From sequence record OK428602.1: a stretch of 40,000 nucleotides of DNA; one strand, given 5' to 3'. Below, piece by piece: positions 8,694-17,408 of the stretch. The DNA comes from Vibrio phage BX-1. The notes under the pieces are model-generated. The model was not told where the DNA came from, ran no database searches, and worked only from the letters and a program-made list of their open reading frames with translations. Position 1 is the stretch's first letter; each line of letters opens with the position of its first letter. The translations under genes and the position numbers were made by a program.

Positions 8694-8750
8694 CATATCC
8701 GTAAATAAAGATAATATTGTGAGGTTCTTAATGTAAAGAGGAAATCTTAG

Positions 8751-9947
8751 ATGTCTAAGAATAAGAAATACACACCTGTCCAAGAGGCTTTGTCTGGTCT
8801 AACAGAGTATTGTACTACTACACGCCAGGCTGAACAACTTGAAGCTGTTATCAAAGCTGATGGCAACCAAACTAAAGCCGCACGTGCTCTTGGAATCAGT
8901 CACCAAACAGTATCCAAAACGATTAAACGACTGAAAGCCGTGGCAGCATCCAAAGGTTGGAGTCCGGACCACGATATGCGTAAGAAAGTTCCTGAAGGCT
9001 TCGGTGTCAAGGGTACGTCAACGCTTTACGGTAAAGACGGTGAACTGAAACTCCAATGGGTGAAGACTCAACGCGATGCTGAAGAACAATTCGAGATCCT
9101 GCAAGAAGTTGTTCAAGCGATGTGTGAAGATGTTCCACGAGTTATGCCAACACCTGCACCTCTGGTCGAAACAACAGATTGGGAAGTCCATTATCCGATT
9201 GGTGATTACCACCTGGGCATGATGGCATGGGGCGAAGAAACTGGTATGGATTATGACTTGAAGGTCGCAGAACAGTTATTGCCTGCTGCCATGGAATCCC
9301 TGGTCCAATCAACACCCGCAACCAAAACTGCTCTTATTGTCAACCTGGGTGATTTCTTCCATTCTGACAATGTTCAAAACCGTACAGCACATTCGGGTAA
9401 TGCCCTTGATGTTGATTCGCGTTGGGCAAAGATTATCCGTATTGGTGTTAACCTGATGCGTCAATGTATCGATCTAGCACTAGAGAAACACGAAAAAGTT
9501 AAAGTCATCAATGCAATCGGTAACCATGATGAACATAGTAGTCAATGGCTGGCAGTGGCATTAGAATGTCTATATGAAAACGAACCTCGTGTTGAAATCG
9601 TAGTAAACCCTTCAGTATTTACATACCACCGTTTCGGTAAAAACCTGATCGGTGTGACTCATACGCATACTGTTAAAGGCACTGAGCTTGAGTCCATCAT
9701 GGCACATGACTGTCCAAGCGATTGGGGTCAAACAGAACATCGTTCATGGTATACAGGACACTTACACCATAAACAAATCCAGGAATACCGTGGATGTACT
9801 GTCGAAGTGTTTAATACGTTGGCTGGTCGCGATGCATGGCATAATAACGCGGGTTATCGTTCAAACCGCACGCTGACAGCAATCATTGTCCATAAGGATT
9901 ATGGTGAAGTTGGACGTAACGTTGTAAAACCTCAAATGTTTGAATAA
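8751..9947 (+). CDS. HTH-domain metallophosphoesterase
   Basis: N-terminal HTH (ADGNQTKAARALGISHQTVSKTIKRL); phosphoesterase motifs GDYHLGM, NLGDFFHSDN, NAIGNHDEHSS, GVTHTHTVK, WYTGHLHHKQ. Confidence 0.88.
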   Translation: MSKNKKYTPVQEALSGLTEYCTTTRQAEQLEAVIKADGNQTKAARALGISHQTVSKTIKRLKAVAASKGWSPDHDMRKKVPEGFGVKGTSTLYGKDGELKLQWVKTQRDAEEQFEILQEVVQAMCEDVPRVMPTPAPLVETTDWEVHYPIGDYHLGMMAWGEETGMDYDLKVAEQLLPAAMESLVQSTPATKTALIVNLGDFFHSDNVQNRTAHSGNALDVDSRWAKIIRIGVNLMRQCIDLALEKHEKVKVINAIGNHDEHSSQWLAVALECLYENEPRVEIVVNPSVFTYHRFGKNLIGVTHTHTVKGTELESIMAHDCPSDWGQTEHRSWYTGHLHHKQIQEYRGCTVEVFNTLAGRDAWHNNAGYRSNRTLTAIIVHKDYGEVGRNVVKPQMFE

Positions 9948-9952
9948 AGTTA

Positions 9953-9984
9953 AAATTGCCCTTAGATTATTCTAAGGGCAATTT
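9953..9984 (+). promoter_or_regulatory. 14-bp hairpin immediately upstream of the primase ATG, enclosing its SD
   Basis: AAATTGCCCTTAGA-TTAT-TCTAAGGGCAATTT, perfect stem; AAGGG lies about 9 nt before the ATG at 9988. Confidence 0.75.
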
Positions 9985-9987
9985 ATT

Positions 9988-11070
9988 ATGAGCATAGAAC
10001 TTGATAAGTCTTACATAAACATGTTGTCGGGTATGTTAGACAAATTTACATGGGAACAAGACAATATTTGCCGTTTTCGTTGTCCGATATGTCTGGACAG
10101 TAAAAAGAAAGCTAATAAACGTCGTGGCCACTTTTATGCTGATCATGATATTGATCGGATGCGGTTCAAATGTCATAACTGCGGTGAAGCATCAGGGTGG
10201 GATTTAGGGTTATGGCTTAAAACTTATGAGCCTACCTTGTACCAGTCATATGTTGTTGATAGCTTCCAGGAAACCAAACGCAATTCTGGTTCTTACATGG
10301 CACTCAAGAAAAAAGAAGAACCAAAGAAAGCCGCAAACAAAGATACTCGGCGTACCCGTTCATTGGTCAAGAAAAAACAGGAAGTTCAAAGTGATTACGC
10401 CTTGGACACTTATTGTATTCCAGTTTCGGAGCTTGGCCCTGGCCATATGTGTTACGACTACCTGGTAAATCGCCAGGTTCCAAAACGTTTCTTTGACATA
10501 TTATTCTTTACCAACAACTATCAGCGTTTTGCTATCGGTATGAACCCTGAGAATATGTTGTCTGCTGAGAAGTGTCCAAATGATCCGCGTTTGGTGATAC
10601 CATTCTTCAATGCTCGAGGCGAGATGATAATGGCACAAGGTCGTTCATTCGATCCTAAGTGTGACCTGCGATATATCTCGATTAAGAAAGAAGAAAAGAC
10701 CACCAAATGTTATGGTCTGGAACGTATCGACTTTGACCGTACCAAACTGGTCGTTGAAGGTCCGATTGATAGCCTGTTCTTGCCGAACTGTATGGCATCA
10801 GCAGATGCGGATTTGTTGAAAGTGAAGGGTGATATCTATATTCCAGATAATCAACCACGCAACCGAGAAATCGTTAACCGTATTGAGAAAATGATCAAAG
10901 CCGGTGTTAAGGTATGCTTGTTACCACACTCACTGGAACAATACGGTAAAGATATCAACGAATATATTATGAATGGTGTATCAACTCCGGAATTGTTGCG
11001 ACACATTGCCAACAATACCTTCCAGGGTTTGAAAGCCGAATTTGAATTTGCTAAATGGCGAAAAATTTAG
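9988..11070 (+). CDS. 61: DNA primase (DnaG / T4 gp61 type)
   Basis: Zinc-binding CPIC...FKCHNCGEASGWDLGLWL; Toprim-like KLVVEGPIDSLFLPN; late motif LPHSLEQYGKDINEYI. Confidence 0.88.
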   Translation: MSIELDKSYINMLSGMLDKFTWEQDNICRFRCPICLDSKKKANKRRGHFYADHDIDRMRFKCHNCGEASGWDLGLWLKTYEPTLYQSYVVDSFQETKRNSGSYMALKKKEEPKKAANKDTRRTRSLVKKKQEVQSDYALDTYCIPVSELGPGHMCYDYLVNRQVPKRFFDILFFTNNYQRFAIGMNPENMLSAEKCPNDPRLVIPFFNARGEMIMAQGRSFDPKCDLRYISIKKEEKTTKCYGLERIDFDRTKLVVEGPIDSLFLPNCMASADADLLKVKGDIYIPDNQPRNREIVNRIEKMIKAGVKVCLLPHSLEQYGKDINEYIMNGVSTPELLRHIANNTFQGLKAEFEFAKWRKI

Positions 11071-11080
11071 GAGAATAAAG

Positions 11081-11236
11081 ATGGATATGAAACCACTAGG
11101 TCGTATGCTTCGCGTACCAGAAAGAAGAATTCCTGCACGTCGTGTTAAGAACCAGGAACGTAACCACAAATGTGCATGTGGAAGCGGTCTGAAGTTTAAG
11201 AAGTGTTGCATGCATAAAGTCCAACGTGGATTTTAA
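11081..11236 (+). CDS. Small SEC-C motif zinc-binding protein
   Basis: NHKCACGSGLKFKKCCMHK is the canonical SEC-C metal-binding motif; ATG 11081 with an upstream GGAG, in frame with track ORF 11042..11236. Confidence 0.85.
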   Translation: MDMKPLGRMLRVPERRIPARRVKNQERNHKCACGSGLKFKKCCMHKVQRGF

Positions 11237-11251
11237 AACTTCAAAAGTTTG

Positions 11252-11284
11252 GGATCAGGTATTATTACCTGGTCCTTTTATTTT
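11252..11284 (+). terminator. Intrinsic terminator
   Basis: GGATCAGGTA-TTAT-TACCTGGTCC followed by TTTTATTTT. Confidence 0.88.
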
Positions 11285-11298
11285 ATTGGAGAAACATC

Positions 11299-11739
11299 AT
11301 GATTCAAGTATCATTTGCAAGAGCACTACCTTCACCTGAACAATGCCTAACTTTGAAAATGTTGGATCAATACGGTCAGAGTAGCATAGTGGCTTTTGTC
11401 CACGAAGACAAAGGTCGTCAATTAGCTGGTGAAGTCGCAGTCCAATTATCCCAGTCAATTGCCAATTTTGTTGGCCGTACACACGGTTTTGTATACTGGA
11501 ACGATACTAAAAGTCTGCAAACATTTGCGGTGTCGATTACAGCTGAAGATGAAATGCATGCGAAAGTTTTTGCCAAGCGTCTGAACAACACTTTGCAAGT
11601 CCATACATCTAACTGGCATTGTTGTCCAGCAAAAGAGAATGGTCGATGGATTATTCATATTACCCCTCAAACAATGGTTGGCATGCAATCAAACCTTGAA
11701 CGTCATTCAATGGAGATGTTGAAATGGCTGACACTGTAA
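11299..11739 (+). CDS. Hypothetical protein
   Basis: 146 aa ORF preceded by ggagaaacatcATG. Confidence 0.85.
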   Translation: MIQVSFARALPSPEQCLTLKMLDQYGQSSIVAFVHEDKGRQLAGEVAVQLSQSIANFVGRTHGFVYWNDTKSLQTFAVSITAEDEMHAKVFAKRLNNTLQVHTSNWHCCPAKENGRWIIHITPQTMVGMQSNLERHSMEMLKWLTL

Positions 11740-11996
11740 GTTCAAAGCGTAAAACCATGGGCTGGTACGTTCATATTGTTAAGCTGTATGAACAAACCTA
11801 TCCAAAGGGTACATGGGCTCACGGTATCGTTGAGAAGACCTGGGAGCAGTTAACCCAAGCACAGAAAAACGAAATCAACCTGGATTCAAAGATTTGGGAT
11901 TACATGACACCAAGCGAACGAATCCTTGTGGTGTTGTCCAAACATGGTCCAGAGAATTCGTTGGCATATTTCAGTTCAGATATTGATAAGGTATAG
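11724..11996 (+). CDS. Hypothetical protein
   Basis: 90 aa ORF overlapping the previous CDS. Confidence 0.8.
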   Translation: MADTVSSKRKTMGWYVHIVKLYEQTYPKGTWAHGIVEKTWEQLTQAQKNEINLDSKIWDYMTPSERILVVLSKHGPENSLAYFSSDIDKV

Positions 11997-11999
11997 GTC

Positions 12000-12677
12000 A
12001 TGCTTTACTACAAGATTACTCGACAGTCAATCTTCCCAATGATTGACACTCGCATCAAACCGTTAAAAGACCAGGTCCAGGATGGCGATGTGATTACTAC
12101 AGGACCTGAGCCTGATGGCATTGAACATATGATGCACCAAATTAAAGATGGCATCTGTGAGTGTATCGGTTGGGAACCATCATTGCTTCCGCATACACCA
12201 CAGTATGAAGGCATCAGTCATATCAACATGTATTCGGAATCCAAATTGGAGGTGGGACGCATCCTGTCGAACTTCTATCGATACGAAGGTGTTGCTGTAG
12301 TCAATGGCCATGAGGTGCATTACAACACGATTGAGGGCTTGTGGCAGTATCTTAAGACAGGTAACATTGACCTTCTATTCATGGAAGGTCGTGAAGCCAA
12401 GAACGCCGCGAAGAAAATGAAGGTACTTCCTCCAGTCAACCGTAAAGTGGATCATGAACAGTTCCATGACATTATCTTCACTGCAATGAAGCGTAAGATT
12501 GCTGGTCATCCATACCACTTACAATTTTTGAAGAATAACCCGTTGCCGATCGTACATTACTACGTGTGCCGGGGTTCTAACAAAGCGATCCAATATAAAG
12601 ATGACTGTGTTGGATTGGCTATTTTAAATGAAGTCATCCAAGACATTAAAGGTAATTATCATGAAAAGAATGATTAA
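12000..12677 (+). CDS. NADAR-domain (YbiA-like) protein
   Basis: INMYSESKLEVGRILSNFYRYEG, HYNTIEGLWQYLKTG, FMEGREAKNAAKKMK, FHDIIFTAMKRKIAGHPYHLQFLKNNPLPIVHYYV match the NADAR family pattern. Confidence 0.85.
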   Translation: MLYYKITRQSIFPMIDTRIKPLKDQVQDGDVITTGPEPDGIEHMMHQIKDGICECIGWEPSLLPHTPQYEGISHINMYSESKLEVGRILSNFYRYEGVAVVNGHEVHYNTIEGLWQYLKTGNIDLLFMEGREAKNAAKKMKVLPPVNRKVDHEQFHDIIFTAMKRKIAGHPYHLQFLKNNPLPIVHYYVCRGSNKAIQYKDDCVGLAILNEVIQDIKGNYHEKND

Positions 12678-13164
12678 TTGGTTCTTTGGATTATTTGGTT
12701 CTAAACCTGAACCCCAGAAGAAGTCTATGACCAAGCGTCGCACAACACCGTTGCGTCCAGGTGTGTTTGATTTGGAAATGGCTGTTACACATCAGGTCAA
12801 GAACTTCTTTGACACCACGGACGGTCATGGTCCCCGTAAGCTTCTGGCCAAGGAGTTACACAACGTCATTAACCGTGTCCATAACGTGACACAATGTTAT
12901 TACTTCAGTAACCGATCGCATACAGGCATTCGTTTCCGATATCAGAACATTAAGTATGAAGTCAACATACGTGCGGATATGACCGTCAATGTTCAGATGC
13001 GTAAGATCAAGGGTGGTATCCCAAATATAGATATCACATACAACCAGGGTGCTTACTGCAATAAGATAGATACCAAGCTGAAAATTACCAAAACTTATGT
13101 CACGTTCCACAGACCGTTGACTTTGAAAGAATTTGGTGATTGGTTACGCCTTGCAAATCAATAA
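12661..13164 (+). CDS. Hypothetical protein
   Basis: ATG 12661 in frame with track ORF 12628..13164, overlaps the NADAR gene end. Confidence 0.8.
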   Translation: MKRMINWFFGLFGSKPEPQKKSMTKRRTTPLRPGVFDLEMAVTHQVKNFFDTTDGHGPRKLLAKELHNVINRVHNVTQCYYFSNRSHTGIRFRYQNIKYEVNIRADMTVNVQMRKIKGGIPNIDITYNQGAYCNKIDTKLKITKTYVTFHRPLTLKEFGDWLRLANQ

Positions 13165-13171
13165 CTTATAT

Positions 13172-13202
13172 GGGAAATCTAAAAAGATTTCCCTTTCTTT
13201 TA
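13172..13202 (+). terminator. Intrinsic terminator
   Basis: GGGAAATCT-AAAA-AGATTTCCC followed by TTTCTTTT. Confidence 0.87.
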
Positions 13203-13204
13203 TA

Positions 13205-13301
13205 AAACGTGATCTCCGTCACGTTTTTGATTCTCGTAATTGGGTACTATAACCTCATCGAAACAAACAACACAAACAAACATCCATAAGGAACATTGAT
13301 T
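13205..13301 (+). promoter_or_regulatory. Terminator-leader module (copy C)
   Basis: AAACGTGA-TCTCCG-TCACGTTTTT then TACTATAACCTCATCGAAACAAACAACACAAACAAACATCCATAAGGA. Confidence 0.7.
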
Positions 13302-13817
13302 ATGAACACTAAAACAGTTATCACAAACGGCCAAATCACTATCGCAATCGACACTGCAGCAACTAAAGCGGCTAACTACCGCAAAGCAGTTGAGCAAGGT
13401 TACACTGGCGACTCTACTGGTTTTAACCGTCTTCTTAACGGCAAGAAAGCAATGGTTAAAGGTTTCAAACTTGAAGTTATCGAAATCAAAAAGCCTAAAA
13501 CAATTGAAATCAAAAAGCCTAAAGCAATCTCTGGTTTCAATTCTGTAGAAGCTCTTGAAGCTCTTAACATCTCTGACATGGTTGTTAAAGTACCTGCAGT
13601 ACGTCAAACATATGGCTCACTTGTTGTTAACAATGGTCGTCTTCAAATCACTCCAATCAAAAATGGTACATTTGGACTACTATTCTACCCTTCAAAAGGT
13701 AAATCAGCAACTGACGTTCTTAACGAACTAGGTCTTGAGTTCAAAGAAGGTGCTAAGTACACTACTATCCAACGTGTTGACCTTGAAACTCTTAACAAAG
13801 TTGTTGCATCTCTATAA
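13302..13817 (+). CDS. Hypothetical protein
   Basis: ATG 13302 (the track start at 13296 is a TTG). Contains a small internal duplication EIKKPKTIEIKKPKA. Confidence 0.85.
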   Translation: MNTKTVITNGQITIAIDTAATKAANYRKAVEQGYTGDSTGFNRLLNGKKAMVKGFKLEVIEIKKPKTIEIKKPKAISGFNSVEALEALNISDMVVKVPAVRQTYGSLVVNNGRLQITPIKNGTFGLLFYPSKGKSATDVLNELGLEFKEGAKYTTIQRVDLETLNKVVASL

Positions 13818-13871
13818 TCCATCATGAGCCCTTAATTGGGCTCTTTCTTGAACATCCATAAGGAACATCCT

Positions 13872-14195
13872 ATGAATGAATTGATAACTCATTGCCCAAA
13901 TGCAGAGTTTGTTGTACTTGTTGCAGATATGGGCAGCAACTATGTAACAATTAAACAATTTGATTGTTACACTAATTTCGCGGTTCCTAACCAATTCAAC
14001 CATTGTTTAAAGAATGGTTTGGTGACTGAAATCCATGTCAAAGTTGTCAAACAAGATGACAACATCAAGACTGCAACTAAACTGATGTGGGAAGAAGTTC
14101 GCACAAAAGCTTTGGAAAACAATCGTTATCTGAAGTCCTTGCAAGCTCGTCAGAAAGGGTTTGTCAAATATGCTAACAGTAAGTTGGGTGAATAA
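13872..14195 (+). CDS. Hypothetical protein
   Basis: ATG 13872 in frame with track ORF 13836..14195, upstream AAGGAA. Confidence 0.8.
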   Translation: MNELITHCPNAEFVVLVADMGSNYVTIKQFDCYTNFAVPNQFNHCLKNGLVTEIHVKVVKQDDNIKTATKLMWEEVRTKALENNRYLKSLQARQKGFVKYANSKLGE

Positions 14196-14197
14196 TC

Positions 14198-14554
14198 ATG
14201 AAAAATATTGCATTGTTACTTGCCTTTTATGAAGGCATGAATCAGAAAAATCTGATCAAAAGTAAGCGTCCTATCTTCCGCATTGGTCGTTTGTTAGCGC
14301 GTCGTGGTTTTGAACATGTGATCAACAACCTAATGGATAGCCCAAAATGGGGTGTCATCAACTTCCAAAGTCGTTACCATGGCAATTGTAATATCACTGT
14401 CGATTTGCGTGATGTGACTGTTATGCGAATCAAATCTGAAAAAGGTCAGGTTTGGGAATTCCGTAACTTTGGAAATGGTATCAACTTTGTATGCAATGGT
14501 TTAACAAATGTTGAACTTTATCGCCCGCATAAGATGTATGAGGTGAAGAAATGA
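14198..14554 (+). CDS. Hypothetical protein
   Basis: 118 aa ORF. Confidence 0.8.
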   Translation: MKNIALLLAFYEGMNQKNLIKSKRPIFRIGRLLARRGFEHVINNLMDSPKWGVINFQSRYHGNCNITVDLRDVTVMRIKSEKGQVWEFRNFGNGINFVCNGLTNVELYRPHKMYEVKK

Positions 14555-14640
14555 AATGCCGCAACCGTCGTTTAAGTAAGGTCCGTGCGAATCGTGTAGT
14601 AAAGCAGCGTCGTCGTTCAGTCCAAACCTTGGAGAAGTAA
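14551..14640 (+). CDS. Very small, highly basic peptide (29 aa)
   Basis: MKCRNRRLSKVRANRVVKQRRRSVQTLEK; ATGA overlap with the upstream stop and direct abutment to the next ATG. Not in the ORF track. Confidence 0.5.
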   Translation: MKCRNRRLSKVRANRVVKQRRRSVQTLEK

Positions 14641-14817
14641 ATGTCGATCCCGTCGTACTATGAACAGTGCGTATACCGTAATCCTAAAACTGGACTTCAT
14701 TATGTCCGCCATAAGATTACAGGCGTTTACCGATTGTGGTTGCCACAGTTCCAAATGGTTGGAAGTAGTGAACATCCTGCGGATTCTAACTTTGTGAAAA
14801 CAAAAGGAAAGAAATGA
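14641..14817 (+). CDS. Small hypothetical protein (58 aa)
   Basis: MSIPSYYEQCVYRNPKTGLHYVRHKITGVYRLWLPQFQMVGSSEHPADSNFVKTKGKK, ending in an ATGA overlap with the next CDS. Not in the ORF track. Confidence 0.65.
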   Translation: MSIPSYYEQCVYRNPKTGLHYVRHKITGVYRLWLPQFQMVGSSEHPADSNFVKTKGKK

Positions 14818-15113
14818 GTCATATTTTTTACCATGGTACAAGTTCAAATGCGGAGATTGGAGATGTTATTCTCCCTCCGGAATCCCATGGGTTTGGGATT
14901 AATGAACCAGGTCGTACCAAGAATCTGGATAAAGTGTTCTTCACGACACTTCCGGATTATGCACTGACGTATGCCAGGAGAGCATGTTCTCGTGTTGGTG
15001 GTGAACCAGTATTGTATAAGGTATTTGCTTCTTCGCCAAAGAAGATGTGCGAGACTCCAGGCATTGATATCTACTATGATGGATCTGCTATGGTCCTGGA
15101 GCAAGTCATATGA
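14814..15113 (+). CDS. Arr-like ADP-ribosyltransferase-fold small protein
   Basis: FYHGTSSNAEIGDVILPPESHGFG...KVFFTTLPDYALTYARRA...GEPVLYKVFASSP resembles the FYHGT...GD.I.PG...VYFT...A...A...IY.V layout of rifampin ADP-ribosyltransferases. Confidence 0.6.
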   Translation: MSHIFYHGTSSNAEIGDVILPPESHGFGINEPGRTKNLDKVFFTTLPDYALTYARRACSRVGGEPVLYKVFASSPKKMCETPGIDIYYDGSAMVLEQVI

Positions 15114-15322
15114 GCTCATACAAGCTGTCTGGAGCTTCTTTGGAAGAAGTTAGGCAGAATGTCAAGGATTATGTGAATGGTGACCGTGAACAATTTAACG
15201 TCCCGCACATAAGTACAAGGGTTGTCATTGTGAAATCTTCAAAAGGTCGTTCACGTGGCAAAATATCTTCAAAAGTTAACCAAGAAATATTGGAAGAACA
15301 AGCCAAAGAAGGTTATTTATGA
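15110..15322 (+). CDS. Hypothetical protein
   Basis: 70 aa ORF, ATGA overlap. Confidence 0.75.
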   Translation: MSSYKLSGASLEEVRQNVKDYVNGDREQFNVPHISTRVVIVKSSKGRSRGKISSKVNQEILEEQAKEGYL

Positions 15323-15681
15323 AACCAGTAAATTCAGTATCAATTGTCCTAACCATGGGACTTGATAACATCCCATTACCGGCCGACGCATTGTTAAATG
15401 CCTGGATGCAATTTGGATATCCTGATTCAATGTGGTTTGCAGTTGACGGTTCAAGTATTATCTCACCTGAACCCCAAATGTGGGCATATGTTCAACTGCC
15501 AGAATATCATGAACAAGATTCATCATGGCTGAACACTTGCGATGGCACCTGTGGATATTTAATGTTGCACAGTGTCGACCTGGAAGGTATGGATCCACGA
15601 GATGCCGTTTTCCAGGTAACACATCTCAACAAGCGCAAAGAATTCAAAGAATTCAAAAAGAAAATGGAACAAACATCATGA
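15319..15681 (+). CDS. Hypothetical protein
   Basis: 120 aa ORF, overlapping start. Confidence 0.8.
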   Translation: MKPVNSVSIVLTMGLDNIPLPADALLNAWMQFGYPDSMWFAVDGSSIISPEPQMWAYVQLPEYHEQDSSWLNTCDGTCGYLMLHSVDLEGMDPRDAVFQVTHLNKRKEFKEFKKKMEQTS

Positions 15682-16169
15682 AAGATTTCAAATTTAAATT
15701 AAAGTGTTTTATCGCAAACCTCAACTTCTTTGGTGAACAACACCGCCTGAACAATTCTGAGCGTGCATTGTTCGACCTGTATCGTAATAAGACTTGCACC
15801 ATTTCCCATCTTGAACTTCAAGCCTGGAAAAATGGTGTGGTTATCGAAGGTCAGGCTTGCTCCAAACATAATGCAGCACTTATCAATAATGAGTTTTGGT
15901 TGGTGACGTTCCGTGTTAATCGTTTGAAGCGTGTTGCCATGGTCAAGGCATGTCATGTTGATAAAAATGGTGTTATTGATGAAAAGTTCATAGACATTAA
16001 TGGCAAAGCAATGAACATCTTATCGTTTGCTGCACAAGATGTCATGTATGACCTGATTGAAGACCGTTTCAAGCTTGCAAAGAAAGCCCGCATGTTAAAG
16101 AAACTGAATACTAATCGCAAAGTTCTTGACACACACTTGGAGAACATTGCACGTCAGGAGCATGCATAA
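15678..16169 (+). CDS. Hypothetical protein
   Basis: ATG 15678 in frame with track ORF 15525..16169, ATGA overlap. Confidence 0.8.
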   Translation: MKDFKFKLKCFIANLNFFGEQHRLNNSERALFDLYRNKTCTISHLELQAWKNGVVIEGQACSKHNAALINNEFWLVTFRVNRLKRVAMVKACHVDKNGVIDEKFIDINGKAMNILSFAAQDVMYDLIEDRFKLAKKARMLKKLNTNRKVLDTHLENIARQEHA

Positions 16170-16170
16170 A

Positions 16171-16446
16171 ATGAAAGTAGAAGCTAGTGTCATTTCAACC
16201 ATTGAAGTTGTTCGAATTGATGCGATCCGTGGTCCCGAGATGTATAAGGTATTTGCGGGTAAACTGTGTATCGCGAGTGTTCAATACAACTTCAATGGGA
16301 AATGGGAATATCGTTGTCGCCTACCAGGGTTCAAACAAAATACTGTGATCCTTAGTGAACGCGACAAGATTATGGAACGTGCTCAGAGTCGCCTGAGTGC
16401 TTGGCTAGGTTATATTAACCAGGAGCGAGACAATGCCAACAAGTAG
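16171..16446 (+). CDS. Hypothetical protein
   Basis: ATG 16171 (alternative 16162) in frame with track ORF 16126..16446. Confidence 0.7.
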   Translation: MKVEASVISTIEVVRIDAIRGPEMYKVFAGKLCIASVQYNFNGKWEYRCRLPGFKQNTVILSERDKIMERAQSRLSAWLGYINQERDNANK

Positions 16447-16930
16447 CTTTTTTGATAGTAAGAAATTCTGGGATGAGAAAATCCAGAAGGTGAACGATGG
16501 TGTCCTGTTGTGTCGCGAAAGTGATTACATGGTGATGTCGATCAACCCATTGAACCTAGTTGAGAAATACTTGGGCATGGGTGGCAGTGTCCACATCATT
16601 CCATGGGAAGGCAAACTACTGTTGTCCAATAATGTGTGGTGTGCCGGAAACATCCCAGAAGACCGTCGTGGAGAAGTTACAGCAAACCTATGTAATTCCA
16701 TCAACAATCACGGTTTGTTCAATGTGGGTCTCCTGACGCGATATAAAGCGGCTTCTCATGGCGATAGTACGATTAAGAAAGACGATTTAATGCAATTATG
16801 TCAAGAACATCGTAATTTCTTGGTCAATCAAGAAGAAAGTCACTTTGCGTTCATGCAAGACATGAATGATAAAATGATTAAAAACCTTGATAACACGATC
16901 GAACTACTGAAAACCCTCGACGTTGAATAA
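16433..16930 (+). CDS. Hypothetical protein
   Basis: 165 aa ORF. Confidence 0.8.
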   Translation: MPTSSFFDSKKFWDEKIQKVNDGVLLCRESDYMVMSINPLNLVEKYLGMGGSVHIIPWEGKLLLSNNVWCAGNIPEDRRGEVTANLCNSINNHGLFNVGLLTRYKAASHGDSTIKKDDLMQLCQEHRNFLVNQEESHFAFMQDMNDKMIKNLDNTIELLKTLDVE

Positions 16931-16935
16931 TCCCA

Positions 16936-16970
16936 AAGGCCATACAATCTGTGTGGCCTTTATTTATATT
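16936..16970 (+). terminator. Intrinsic terminator
   Basis: AAAGGCCATAC-AATCT-GTGTGGCCTTT followed by ATTTAT. Confidence 0.82.
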
Positions 16971-17047
16971 CCTGACGATTAAATCTGAACAATCACTCTG
17001 CAATCCTCTTAAATAATTGTGGTGTCCAAATTAACGGAGTCACAATT

Positions 17048-17398
17048 ATGTTAAAAATTCGTGGTCGTGGTACTGCAAGTGCGGTTAAAACTCACAAGAG
17101 TAGTGCACACACTAATTACTTCCAGATGCGATGGATAATCGTAGATGTAACCAATCCAAATGCTCCTGTGCAGGTCGATCGCTCAACTCTGACTGGTAGT
17201 CCTACACTTGATATTGAACGGCAATTTATCCCAGACAATAATAACTTCTGGGAACCATTTGACATCAACCCTATTGATCTCAAACAAACCAAAGGTGTAG
17301 CTAATACCTATATTGAAGGCGGAGTATTCCGTTACACTGTTAAGAACCTTGACAGCAAATATGAAGTTTGGCTAAACCCAATGCATATCAGTTTATAA
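17048..17398 (+). CDS. Hypothetical protein, possibly virion-associated
   Basis: 116 aa ORF in its own transcription unit between two terminators; function is inference only. Confidence 0.75.
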   Translation: MLKIRGRGTASAVKTHKSSAHTNYFQMRWIIVDVTNPNAPVQVDRSTLTGSPTLDIERQFIPDNNNFWEPFDINPIDLKQTKGVANTYIEGGVFRYTVKNLDSKYEVWLNPMHISL

Positions 17399-17408
17399 GT
17401 GGTAGAAC

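Noticed and set aside
13484-13525. Short direct repeat GAAATCAAAAAGCCTAAA x2
   Set aside because: It is an in-frame duplication in a Lys/Pro linker (EIKKPKTIEIKKPKA); not evidence of a mobile or regulatory element.
14551-15113. Classic toxin-antitoxin pair from the basic 29-aa peptide and the ART-like protein
   Set aside because: The genes are separated by another micro-ORF, there is no antitoxin-like DNA-binding motif, and the layout is just the usual phage operon. Kept only as separate observations.
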